DNA of 64,000 bases from an uncultured Dehalococcoidia bacterium (GTDB lineage: Bacteria > Chloroflexota > Dehalococcoidia > SZUA-161): positions 6,221 to 70,220 of the forward strand of contig CAZGDV010000001.1 of the NCBI GenBank assembly GCA_964524995.1, written 5' to 3'. Position 1 is the stretch's first letter, and each line of letters begins with the position of its first letter. This document shows positions 48,779 through 57,963 of this stretch, piece after piece. A program made the position numbers and the translations under genes. The notes under the pieces are model-generated. The model did not search any database. It saw only the letters and a list, made by a program, of their open reading frames with translations, and had not been told where the DNA came from.

Positions 48779-48997
48779 ATGCCGTGCTACTTCCGTATCC
48801 TCAAGGATGTGTTCGACGAAGCCGGTATCGACCTTGAAGCGGTGGACAAGAAGCGGCTAGACTTGGCCATTCATCAGATCATGGGGGTAGAGTACAAGGA
48901 CTGCCCGGCGACTGGGAGGGCGGTCAAGGCCCGCGTGTTGGGCGATGAGGGCAAGAGAGCGGAGTTCGTCAAGTGGCTCAGAGACGCCGTCCTATAG
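48779..48997 (+). CDS. small hypothetical protein (72 aa)
   Basis: AAAGGAG RBS 8 nt upstream; downstream of the SMR gene, possibly co-transcribed; no recognisable domain. Confidence 0.4.
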   Translation: MPCYFRILKDVFDEAGIDLEAVDKKRLDLAIHQIMGVEYKDCPATGRAVKARVLGDEGKRAEFVKWLRDAVL

Positions 48998-50506
48998 CTG
49001 GTCGAGGGCTCCGGCCACCTCCAACCACTTCTCGAAACACGCGTCATACGCCCCCGCCCTCTCGGGGTCAGGGGCAACGTGCTTGGACTCAGGACGCATG
49101 GCGCTCATAGCCTGTGGAAGGTCAGAGTATGCCCCACCCCCGACGGCGGCGCACATGGCCGTACCCCACGAAGTGACATGCCTCACCTGAAACGCCACAA
49201 TAGGCCTGGCCAGGACATCCGCAAGCGCCTGCACCAGCAAGTCACTCTGGGCCAGCCCGCCACCGACGCACACCGTTGAAGGTTGCAGCCCGGACACTTC
49301 CTCCAGTTGGCCCAAGTTGCCCTTGAAGGCGAAGCATACATTCTCCACGCCGGCCCGTATCAGGTGCTTCTTCTCGACACTGGCCACGCTCGGGGTGATG
49401 GGGAATACGAAGCCGCCGACAAGTGGCTTGAGCCTGCTCACATCCATCAACCTCGGGCCGATGAACCCAACCACCCCCTCCGCTCCCACCGGCACGTCCT
49501 GAGCCATTGCATCCATCCTGAGATACGCCTGCTGGTCGTCGAGAACGTCGCTCAGCAGCAGGTCGCGCAGCCAACTGTACGCCCCTCCTGTCTCATGTGC
49601 ATTGCTCTCGAGTACCCAACGCCCGGGCAGCACGTGGCACCCGCTCCAAAGCCTTCCCTTCGGATCGATCACCGGCTCCGCTGTCACGATCTGAACAACA
49701 CCACTCCACCCAGCCACAATCCCGACCTCTCCGGGCTCGCCTACACCCATGCCCAGCAGGCCGCACTGACTGTCGGCCCCGCCAGCCACCACGGTGGTCC
49801 CGGCAGCCAGACCACATTCCTTCGCGGCGATGTCGGTCACGGCACCGACTCGGGTACCCGCTGTAACCACCGGAGGGCAGACCTTCGCAGGCAAGTCCAG
49901 CCTGTCGATAAGGTGAGCCGACCACCCCACTTCATGGATGTCCATGAGACCGCTGTCACTCATGCATGACGCTTCGCCTACTCGTTCGCCGGAGAGCCTG
50001 TACACGATCCAGTCGCTGATCGAGAGAACGGTGTCTATTCGCTCATAGACCTCCGGCCGGTTGGCCTGGAACCACTTCAGCCTGGCCGGTGTGAAGAGAA
50101 GAGACGGCCCATGCCCGGTAATGCGGTATACGTCGCCACCGCACTCAGCATCGATGGCGAAACCCTCGATAAGCGCTCTGAGGTCAACATTAGGGCCGGC
50201 GTACAGCTCCTGGCCATCCTTGTCGAGGAAGACAACGCCCTCACGCTGACTGGCCGAACTGACCGCGATGATGTCGGAGGGCGACACACCGGCCTGAGCG
50301 ACCGCTTCCCGCACGAGCTCACAGATGATGCGCCAGAACTCCCCCGGGTCGAATTCCTTCGCCATAGGGCCCGCGTCGGCGGGGGTCTCATACTCCCACT
50401 TCCTGACCGAGCTCGAGAGCAGCCTGCCACCCAGATCGATGACGAGGGCTCTCCCTCCACCCGACCCGGCATCAACCGCCAGAACGACTTTGTCGGACCT
50501 GCCCAT
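48992..50506 (-). CDS. FGGY-family carbohydrate kinase (xylulokinase/glycerol-kinase-like)
   Basis: 504 aa; N-terminal VLAVDAGSGGGRALVID ASKHA motif and C-terminal GGGA..S region of FGGY kinases. Confidence 0.85.
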   Translation of the reverse strand: MGRSDKVVLAVDAGSGGGRALVIDLGGRLLSSSVRKWEYETPADAGPMAKEFDPGEFWRIICELVREAVAQAGVSPSDIIAVSSASQREGVVFLDKDGQELYAGPNVDLRALIEGFAIDAECGGDVYRITGHGPSLLFTPARLKWFQANRPEVYERIDTVLSISDWIVYRLSGERVGEASCMSDSGLMDIHEVGWSAHLIDRLDLPAKVCPPVVTAGTRVGAVTDIAAKECGLAAGTTVVAGGADSQCGLLGMGVGEPGEVGIVAGWSGVVQIVTAEPVIDPKGRLWSGCHVLPGRWVLESNAHETGGAYSWLRDLLLSDVLDDQQAYLRMDAMAQDVPVGAEGVVGFIGPRLMDVSRLKPLVGGFVFPITPSVASVEKKHLIRAGVENVCFAFKGNLGQLEEVSGLQPSTVCVGGGLAQSDLLVQALADVLARPIVAFQVRHVTSWGTAMCAAVGGGAYSDLPQAMSAMRPESKHVAPDPERAGAYDACFEKWLEVAGALDQL

Positions 50507-51488
50507 TCCACACCTCGCTGTTACACAGGTTCACGGGGCGCTCTCCGTCCAGGAACCTCTCGATATCGTCAGCTATCATCATGGAGTATCGCTCTATCGT
50601 CTCCCAGGTGGCACCACCGATGTGAGGTGTCAGCACCACGTTGTCCATCTCCAGCAAGGGATCATCCGCCCTCGCTGGCCATGCGTCAAACACGTCGAAT
50701 GCAGCTCCGGCGATCCGCTTCTCCCGCAAAGCCTTCGCAACGGCGTTGCCATCAACAACATAGGTGCTGGCCGTGTTCACAAGGCAGGCCGCCGGCTTCA
50801 TCATCTCGATTCTCCGGGCATCGATCAATCCCATCGTCTCCGGCGTAACAGGGATATGCAGCGTGACAACGTCTGATTCCGCCATCAGCCTGTCGAGGTC
50901 CTCAGGCCTCCCGTTCAATGACCTTATCTCGTCACCAGGTACGTACGGGTCATAGACCAGAATGGTGGTGTCGAACGCACCGAGTCGCTTGGCGACCTGA
51001 CGCCCGATAGCGCCGAAGCCTACTATGCCAATGGTCTTCCCGGTCAACTCGGAACCGCGGAATGACATATAAGCCATCATCGGGTCGGTCCACTGATGAG
51101 AACTGACCATCGTGTGAGCAACAGGTATCCTCCTCGCCACCGACAGCATCAGGCCTATCGCCAGCTCCGCCACCGCCACCGCATTCCTGGCAGGTGTGTT
51201 CACCACAACCACGCCATGCTCCGTGGCAGCCTGCAGGTCGACAAGGTTCGTGTCCGCCCTGCAGACGCCCAGAAGCCTCAGCTTGTCAGCCTTTTCGAGG
51301 ACGTCGCGCTGCACGAAATCGGCCTCAACAACCAACACTTCCAGCCCTTCTCCCCGTATGCGTTCGATGAGCTCTTGAGGAGAGTACAGCTTCTTTGTTT
51401 CCATCCAGCTTTCATACGTAACCTTCAAACGCTGCCCGAGCCTGTCAAGGGCGGGCTTGCTGAAGGGAGCCAGCACAAGTGCGTTCAT
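50472..51488 (-). CDS. D-isomer-specific 2-hydroxyacid dehydrogenase (NAD-binding)
   Basis: 338 aa; GKTIGIVGFGAIGRQVAKRL Rossmann motif, catalytic R/E/H arrangement of the PGDH/GyaR family. Confidence 0.85.
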   Translation of the reverse strand: MNALVLAPFSKPALDRLGQRLKVTYESWMETKKLYSPQELIERIRGEGLEVLVVEADFVQRDVLEKADKLRLLGVCRADTNLVDLQAATEHGVVVVNTPARNAVAVAELAIGLMLSVARRIPVAHTMVSSHQWTDPMMAYMSFRGSELTGKTIGIVGFGAIGRQVAKRLGAFDTTILVYDPYVPGDEIRSLNGRPEDLDRLMAESDVVTLHIPVTPETMGLIDARRIEMMKPAACLVNTASTYVVDGNAVAKALREKRIAGAAFDVFDAWPARADDPLLEMDNVVLTPHIGGATWETIERYSMMIADDIERFLDGERPVNLCNSEVWNGQVRQSRSGG

Positions 51489-51521
51489 CGTTCACCTCTA
51501 TCCGTATGTACGACCGACGCT

Positions 51522-52448
51522 TCACCTCACCACATCGTATTCCCCGAGACCCAGACCATGCCGCAGCGCCACCGCAATTTGAGGTGAATCGTACGGATTG
51601 GACAGCAGCCTGTTCTTGCCGCCATACGACCCCAATACCCTTAGAGCCTCCACATCGATGGCTACCATATCTCCAGAAGCCATGATGATACCGGGGTCGA
51701 CCACCTCGCCCTTCTCCGGTCCTCCTGAAATGAAAGCCTTGCGTCCATCCATTATGATCAGGTCGGGTTGCCGTACCAGATTGATCTCCGCAACCTTCTG
51801 CTCCAGGTTACTCACGTGAAGCGACCGCCGTTCCCCGGGATGCATGATGCCCACCGACAGCTTGAGTGACAGGCTGAATCTTGCGTACTTGTGTGTCTTC
51901 ATGCAGGGCAGATATACAAGCTGGTCCGCTTCATAGACCGTCCTCGGCACCGTCACATGGCTCAGGTACTCACCGCCGGTACGCACCTTCACCCAGTCCC
52001 TGCGCCTGTCCTCGAAGACCACAACCTCGACAGGCATCCCCGCAAGAGCGTTCAAGACCCCGGTCCTGTAGAGTACTCTCCTCGTCGGTCGCCATATGCC
52101 ACCGGAACTCTCCCCGACCGTTACCTTCGCCCCAGCCTCCAGAAGGAGGCTGACAACAGCCTTCAAGAAGGCCACATCGGTCGATCCCGGGTACAGGTCG
52201 GAGCTGTTGTAGTTCGGTTTCACCAGGACCCGGTCGCCCCTCGAAATCACGCGCTCCAGTCCACCGAGCAAGTCAACGCACTCGCCCACCGACCCCGTCA
52301 GGTTGTCCCCGCAACGCACCATACTCACGAGCGCCCTGCCGTCACGAACATATGGAGTCTTCCCACGTGGCCTCGGCTGCACCACCGGCAGCCCGCCAGG
52401 CGTCCTGTCCAGGAGGAAATGCAGCACCCCTCTCGCTGTGCCGAGCAT
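51522..52448 (-). CDS. DUF362 domain protein
   Basis: 308 aa; GDRVLVKPNYNS and KTHKYARFSLSLKLSVG motifs typical of DUF362; the true start may be the internal MVRCGD.. at 52322. Confidence 0.65.
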   Translation of the reverse strand: MLGTARGVLHFLLDRTPGGLPVVQPRPRGKTPYVRDGRALVSMVRCGDNLTGSVGECVDLLGGLERVISRGDRVLVKPNYNSSDLYPGSTDVAFLKAVVSLLLEAGAKVTVGESSGGIWRPTRRVLYRTGVLNALAGMPVEVVVFEDRRRDWVKVRTGGEYLSHVTVPRTVYEADQLVYLPCMKTHKYARFSLSLKLSVGIMHPGERRSLHVSNLEQKVAEINLVRQPDLIIMDGRKAFISGGPEKGEVVDPGIIMASGDMVAIDVEALRVLGSYGGKNRLLSNPYDSPQIAVALRHGLGLGEYDVVR

Positions 52449-52713
52449 CTATGTCCATCCTCTCCGCATCCTGAACATGGTTGCGGCTTTCGTTCGGGAG
52501 CGTGCGTAGCGACAGATTCCCCAACATTGTACCCTCGGTTGCCCTTCTGTCAACACGAACGGCCTCCCGATGCCCCGACAGGCCGCTCGAACCACGCATC
52601 ACCACACAACCGGGAAGAGCATGTCATAGTGGTACACTTGGGAGGACAATGATCTCCCAGCGGGGCTCGCCATCAGAGACTAGGTACGTCAGAAGACGGG
52701 CAAGGCTTCGCTA

Positions 52714-53505
52714 CTACGTCCCAACGGAACCGCTACGCACGGACTCGACAATCCGGGGCAGTATGTCGCCCGTCATGCCCTGTATGAGGTAGTCCGATAT
52801 GCCTTCCGCGGTGAGGGCGGTTGGCTCGGCATTGACCTCGATCACCGTCACGGCCGAGCCACTCAGCTTGGCCACCCTGGGTAGCCCGGCGAAAGGGTAG
52901 ACAACCGCTGTTGTCCCACAGATGAGCATGAGGTCGCACATAGAGGCCTGCTTCTCGGCAGCCTGCATCACATCCAGAGGTATGGGCTCCTTGAAATGAA
53001 CCACGTCCAGCTTCATCGCTTCTCCACATCTGCATATGGGCGGAGGCTCCTCCAGTGCAACCTCGTCAAGGCCAAACCTCGCGCCACATGAGAGGCACCT
53101 TACCTTGTGGACGCTGCCGTGATATTCTATGACGCTCCGGTTGCCGGCCTTTCGGTGCAAGCCATCTATGTTCTGCGTAATGAGACACTTCAGGTAACCA
53201 GCGCTCTCCAGCTCGGCCAGGGCATTGTGTCCCGCGTTGGGCTCAGCCTTCCTGACCTCCACGTAGAACGCGCCGTGTGTCCCTTCCTTGCCGGACACCT
53301 CCCCCCAATAGGCCCTGGGGTCACGCAGGAAGAGATCGTACCTCTCGTATGCTTTCGCCTCGGCGTCCCTGCTGGTGGTCCAAATCCCCTTCGGGCCCCT
53401 GAAGTCTGGGATGCCCGACTCGGTGGACATGCCCGCACCGGTGAGCGCAATGGCATGACGGCTCCTCATGATATCCTCGGCAGCCCGCTCAATGAGTTCG
53501 GTCAT
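52714..53505 (-). CDS. cobB: NAD-dependent protein deacylase (sirtuin, CobB-like)
   Basis: 263 aa; AIALTGAGMSTESGIPDFRGPKG, catalytic His region, zinc ribbon (C..C...C..C). Confidence 0.85.
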   Translation of the reverse strand: MTELIERAAEDIMRSRHAIALTGAGMSTESGIPDFRGPKGIWTTSRDAEAKAYERYDLFLRDPRAYWGEVSGKEGTHGAFYVEVRKAEPNAGHNALAELESAGYLKCLITQNIDGLHRKAGNRSVIEYHGSVHKVRCLSCGARFGLDEVALEEPPPICRCGEAMKLDVVHFKEPIPLDVMQAAEKQASMCDLMLICGTTAVVYPFAGLPRVAKLSGSAVTVIEVNAEPTALTAEGISDYLIQGMTGDILPRIVESVRSGSVGT

Positions 53506-53535
53506 CCCACGCTATGCCTCATTCCTTCCCGTAGC

Positions 53536-54486
53536 TCACAGCCCTCTCAGGTACTCAGGTCGGAGCGATCCGGGGTCCCTGTTCAACAGCACTTCATCGA
53601 TCTCGCCCAGCATCCTCGCCTTGTCCGTGGGCAGGAACCCGCGTACGGACAGGTAGTTGGACGCGTGCATTGAACTTAAGAAGCACCTCGTAAAGCGGCA
53701 CTGCTGAACAAGTTCCCTGAGTTCACCAAGGAACTCGAAAGGGGACAGAAGAGTGAATCTGCCGTTTTGCCAGTCGTTGTAGAGGGGAGTACCGGGCACG
53801 AGCGTCAGGGTCAGCGCCCCGGTGTACTCTGTGTCGATCTCGGAAAGGACACGTGCCGTCTCGCTCACATGTCTTGCGCTCCCGTCGTCACCCCCGAGAC
53901 CCAGGATCACGGTCAGTGACAGCACCATCCCGGCATCTTTGGCCTTCCTGCCTGCCTCGACCAGTTGGTCGTGGGTGACTCCCTTGCCAACCTTTTCAAG
54001 CACCTGATCGTCGCCGCTCTCAATCCCCGTGTAGAGAATGCCCAGACCCAGGCGGCGCAACTCCCGCAGTTCGTCAGTGCTCCTTCTCAGTATATCCTGC
54101 GGTGTCGCATAGCTACCAATCCTGTGCAGCCCGGGCAGCTTCTCATTCAAGTGCCCGAGGACTTCCGCGAGCCTGTCGTACGGATAGACCAGAGCATCCC
54201 CATCCTGAAGGAAGACCCTTCGCCCATCCCAGCTCTGCGCTATAGCGTACACTATGTCGTCGACGTCGCCCAACCGAACGCCATGCCTCACGTACATAGC
54301 CAGCGCGTCTATCTCGTGCTTTACGTCCTCCACATCACGGACCCTGAGGGCCATACCATAGAAACCGCAGAAGGTACACGTGTTGTTCGAGCAGCCACTG
54401 GTCAGGGGAAGAAAGTAGCTCCTCCGCTCGCTGGGAGGGCGGAATATGTCCGGGCGCTTGAATCCGTCAGCACCTCGCCCCATCAC
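53536..54486 (-). CDS. radical SAM protein with Elp3-type CX4CX2C cluster motif (no GNAT domain)
   Basis: 316 aa; LPLTSGCSNNTCTFCGF (C-x4-C-x2-C as in Elp3-type enzymes), downstream TIM-barrel-like radical-SAM core (LYTGIESGDD); 30 nt upstream of the sirtuin gene on the same strand. Confidence 0.7.
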   Translation of the reverse strand: MMGRGADGFKRPDIFRPPSERRSYFLPLTSGCSNNTCTFCGFYGMALRVRDVEDVKHEIDALAMYVRHGVRLGDVDDIVYAIAQSWDGRRVFLQDGDALVYPYDRLAEVLGHLNEKLPGLHRIGSYATPQDILRRSTDELRELRRLGLGILYTGIESGDDQVLEKVGKGVTHDQLVEAGRKAKDAGMVLSLTVILGLGGDDGSARHVSETARVLSEIDTEYTGALTLTLVPGTPLYNDWQNGRFTLLSPFEFLGELRELVQQCRFTRCFLSSMHASNYLSVRGFLPTDKARMLGEIDEVLLNRDPGSLRPEYLRGL

Positions 54487-54521
54487 CTCTCCTGTTCGGG
54501 TGATTCGCCGGGCAGCGCCAA

Positions 54522-55358
54522 CTACGCGGGTAGTGGGAGCGCAATCGTGATCCTTATGCGACTGCCTTCACAGACAGCGTAGGAAAGCCTCTCAGGAGCC
54601 TCCAAGCTGCCTATGACCTCTACAGGGGTGAGGGTCCGAATCTCGTCTCCCCTGCTCAAGGGGGTAGGGCCGAGGAAGATGCAGACTGCTTTCGCCGCAG
54701 GCCAATAGCAGATGTCACCGAGCCTGACGACCTCCTGCAGATTCGCCGTTTCCACCTTGGCAGTAACCGGGAAGTACACCTCTTTACCCCACACACTCAC
54801 CCGTGATTCCAAAGGCAAGGCCTTCAGCACAGCAGCGGCCGCTTCACAGCGATTGAAGCAGCCGCGAACCGTCGTTCTTCCCAGAGTGACCTCCACGTCG
54901 GTCAGCACGTCGGTCTGTCTACTTATCCAGTCGAGATGCTCTGAACGTGCCTTGACGATCGGTAGCGCTATGACCTCCGGGATGACGCTGCTGGGTATGT
55001 CCTCTACGATATGCAGTATGTCTCCGAACAGGTCCGCCCTCGTTCTCGCCAGCAGGAAGCTCTCTTCGACACCATGGACACCTTCTCCCTGCCGGACCAC
55101 CGACCTTATCTTCGGCACGATGTTGACCATGGATGCCCTTCTTGAGTCCACCAGTCTCTCGGCGATACGATGAGCTGCCTCGTTCCCAACCACCGTGATA
55201 ACCACGACTACGTGACTGCGATCGACGTCTCCACAATCGCTCCCACCGGATGGCTCGAAGAGCGCGTCAACACCGCTCGATTCCTCCTCACCACCCAGCC
55301 AGGGCTCCGCCATTCTGTCAATGGCTAAGCGCTCACCAACGCTGATACGTCTGCTCAT
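54522..55358 (-). CDS. fusion of CutA1-like domain and cyclophilin-like (DUF3830-type) domain
   Basis: N-terminal region HVVVVITVVGNEAAHRIAERLV...IPEVIALPIVKARSEHLDWI resembles CutA1; C-terminal 120 aa paralogous to the 47888-48268 protein. Confidence 0.55.
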   Translation of the reverse strand: MSRRISVGERLAIDRMAEPWLGGEEESSGVDALFEPSGGSDCGDVDRSHVVVVITVVGNEAAHRIAERLVDSRRASMVNIVPKIRSVVRQGEGVHGVEESFLLARTRADLFGDILHIVEDIPSSVIPEVIALPIVKARSEHLDWISRQTDVLTDVEVTLGRTTVRGCFNRCEAAAAVLKALPLESRVSVWGKEVYFPVTAKVETANLQEVVRLGDICYWPAAKAVCIFLGPTPLSRGDEIRTLTPVEVIGSLEAPERLSYAVCEGSRIRITIALPLPA

Positions 55359-55815
55359 CGATCATCCCTGGATCGGCGCGCCACAGGGGAAGCGACAATA
55401 CCACCGTTCGTAGGCAGATGCTGTTGACCTGGGGTCTCTGATTCACGCATGTCAGCAGTAGCTAGGACCGGGGTCTAAAAAATCTGAAACGTGGCCCGTG
55501 TGTCCGTGCGCCAGGCCAGATTGACTACCACCCCGGCATACGTCCACGAGCCTGTTGGAGTATGATACCATGAGTGCATCTGAGTCCGCAATACACCTTG
55601 GCGGTAACATCACACACGTTCGCTGACCTTGACAAATTCAGACAAATCGTGTAAGAAAGAAGGCACCCTCCACATCGCAGCCGACACAACCCGCCGCTTC
55701 CGCCGCAGAATATCAACGCGCCACCGAAACAGCTATGAGCTACCCTGCGAGCATTCTGTGGGCCGGGGGAGTGTAGTTGGGTTATGGCCGAACCTACACC
55801 AGGATCCAAGCCACT

Positions 55816-56886
55816 ATGAGCCACGCTAACAGTAAGCGCAAGAAGGAGCATCTGGACGTATTCCTGAATGGCAGCGCACACGTCGATGGTGCAAGCACCG
55901 GGCTGGAGTGCTACCGTTTTGTACATCGTGCGCTACCGGAGATCAACCTGGCTGATGTCGACGTCTCGACCAACCTGTTTGGCAAGCAGTTGGGCGCTCC
56001 CATACTGATATCCCCAATGGTCGGTGGGATAGGGGAGGCCGCGAGGGTCAACAGGAACTTAGCGACGGCCGCCCAGGCCCTCGGCTTGGCCATGGGAGTC
56101 GGCTCGCAGCGGTGTGCGATCGACGACCCCGATGCGGTATCCACATACCACGTCCGCGATGTGGCACCCGACATTCTCCTGTTCGCAAACCTGGGTGCCG
56201 TACAGCTCAACTACGGATACAGTGTGTCGGAATGCCAGCGCGCCGTGGACATGATAGACGCGAACGGCCTCATGCTGCATCTCAATCCGTTGCAGGAGGC
56301 CCTTCAGCATGACGGCAACACGGATTTCTCCGGTCTGCTGTCCAAGATCGAACTCGTTTGCCGCAAGCTGAGCGTGCCCGTGATCGTCAAGGAGGTCGGT
56401 TTCGGCATCTCCGAGGATGTCTCCAGATTGCTAGCCAGCGCAGGCGTCGCCGCCATCGACGTCGCTGGAGCCGGCGGCACCTCCTGGAGCGAAGCGGAGA
56501 GGCTCAGAGCCAGCAACAACGGTATCACCGGCGTCGCGGCGGCCTTTGCGGATTGGGGTATACCCACAGCCGATTCCATCATCATGGCGAGGCAGGGTGC
56601 ACCGGATTCCGTGGTCATCGCCAGTGGTGGCGTCTACTCGGGGATCGACATAGCCAAGGCTATGGCCCTAGGCGCTGATGTAGCAGGCATGGCAGCGCCC
56701 CTGCTCAAATTGGCGCACAGCTCCACAGAAGCTGTTGTGCTAGCGCTCCGGAACCTAATACAGGAACTCAAGATCACTATGTTCTGCATTGGCGCCGCCA
56801 ACATCGATGAACTCAAGTCAGCGCCACTCGTGGCTGACTCACCCGGAGGCGGCACACATCGTTCGGAGTGGGAAGGGTGCGCATGA
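55816..56886 (+). CDS. fni: type 2 (FMN-dependent) isopentenyl-diphosphate delta-isomerase
   Basis: ATG 55816 gives MSHANSKRKKEHLDV.. (IDI-2 N-terminus); FMN/TIM-barrel motifs ILISPMVGG, GVGSQR, ASGGVYSGIDIAKAMALGAD. Confidence 0.85.
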   Translation: MSHANSKRKKEHLDVFLNGSAHVDGASTGLECYRFVHRALPEINLADVDVSTNLFGKQLGAPILISPMVGGIGEAARVNRNLATAAQALGLAMGVGSQRCAIDDPDAVSTYHVRDVAPDILLFANLGAVQLNYGYSVSECQRAVDMIDANGLMLHLNPLQEALQHDGNTDFSGLLSKIELVCRKLSVPVIVKEVGFGISEDVSRLLASAGVAAIDVAGAGGTSWSEAERLRASNNGITGVAAAFADWGIPTADSIIMARQGAPDSVVIASGGVYSGIDIAKAMALGADVAGMAAPLLKLAHSSTEAVVLALRNLIQELKITMFCIGAANIDELKSAPLVADSPGGGTHRSEWEGCA

Positions 56887-57917
56887 GCGGTCGTACTCTT
56901 GTTGCGCTGTGGAAGGCGAATGTGCCTCACTGGATCTGGATCGGCGCTCCGGCGTGGATCGGCGGTCTTCTCATGGGGCTGGAGGGCCAGACCGTGGAAT
57001 GGCCTCATGTCCTGCTATTCGTTCTGGCAGTGTTGACCATACAGGCCGCAGCCGAGTTCGCCAACACCTACACCGACAGACACGAGGACCAGCTATATGG
57101 GCCAACCAACACCCTGGTCACCGGCGAGCTCGATGCCGGTCTGGCCAAGAAGGCTCTCATCGCGGAGAATGTGGTTGCAGCCGCGCTGCTGATCGCCCTC
57201 CTTGCCATCACACTCAACTACGCCCTGGTGCTGGTAATGCTCGCTGGCTGGTTCTTCAGTGTAGCGTACTCGGTCCCTCCGCTCAGGTTGAAGGAGACCT
57301 TGTTGGCGCCGCTATCCCACGCCATAGCCTTCGCACTTCTGCCGGTAGCAGGATGGCTCATCGTGCAGCCGTCACTCACCGCCCAGAACGGGTTCATATT
57401 GGGTTTCGCCGGCGTCCTCTTCCTCCACAGCTTCGCCTTGGGCATCACCCTGAAGTTCAGGAAGACCCTGCTTGCTCTGACCTCCGGCCTGGTGCGCCTG
57501 GAGCCGGGTGCCAGCCTGTACAACATGGCTACCGTCGGCTTCAACCTCCGGTTCAGAAACGCCATGACACTGGAGGAGGTAACAGGCCTGGGGGCTTTCG
57601 TACTGGTGCCGATTCTGTGGAGTCTGGGCGTTTTCAACACAACTCTGTCGGTCGGGTTGCTGGTGCTTCCGCTGACCTGTACAGCCCTGGCGGTCATCTT
57701 GAGGGAGAAGGACCCCGTGGCGAACAGCTCCAGGTACAAGGTTCTCATGACGCTCGCCTGGGGTCTCATAGTCGTGCTGCTATTCGGCGTTGGAATGGCC
57801 AACCACGTGCACTACGGCTATGCCCTGATGGCTTCAATCGTCGTGCTTGCCGGTTTCCCTCTACTCGTGCGAATCGTCCATCCCTGGGGCTCCAAGTCCC
57901 TTAGTAGCCGGTGCTGA
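56883..57917 (+). CDS. UbiA-superfamily prenyltransferase
   Basis: Start ATG 56883 overlaps the fni stop (ATGA; translational coupling); 8-9 TM helices; first Asp-rich motif NTYTDRHEDQ (NxxxDxxxD). Confidence 0.75.
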   Translation: MSGRTLVALWKANVPHWIWIGAPAWIGGLLMGLEGQTVEWPHVLLFVLAVLTIQAAAEFANTYTDRHEDQLYGPTNTLVTGELDAGLAKKALIAENVVAAALLIALLAITLNYALVLVMLAGWFFSVAYSVPPLRLKETLLAPLSHAIAFALLPVAGWLIVQPSLTAQNGFILGFAGVLFLHSFALGITLKFRKTLLALTSGLVRLEPGASLYNMATVGFNLRFRNAMTLEEVTGLGAFVLVPILWSLGVFNTTLSVGLLVLPLTCTALAVILREKDPVANSSRYKVLMTLAWGLIVVLLFGVGMANHVHYGYALMASIVVLAGFPLLVRIVHPWGSKSLSSRC

Positions 57918-57963
57918 TGGACTCATAGTGTATCTGAAATGGAGCAGCTGCAGTCGAAAAGCT

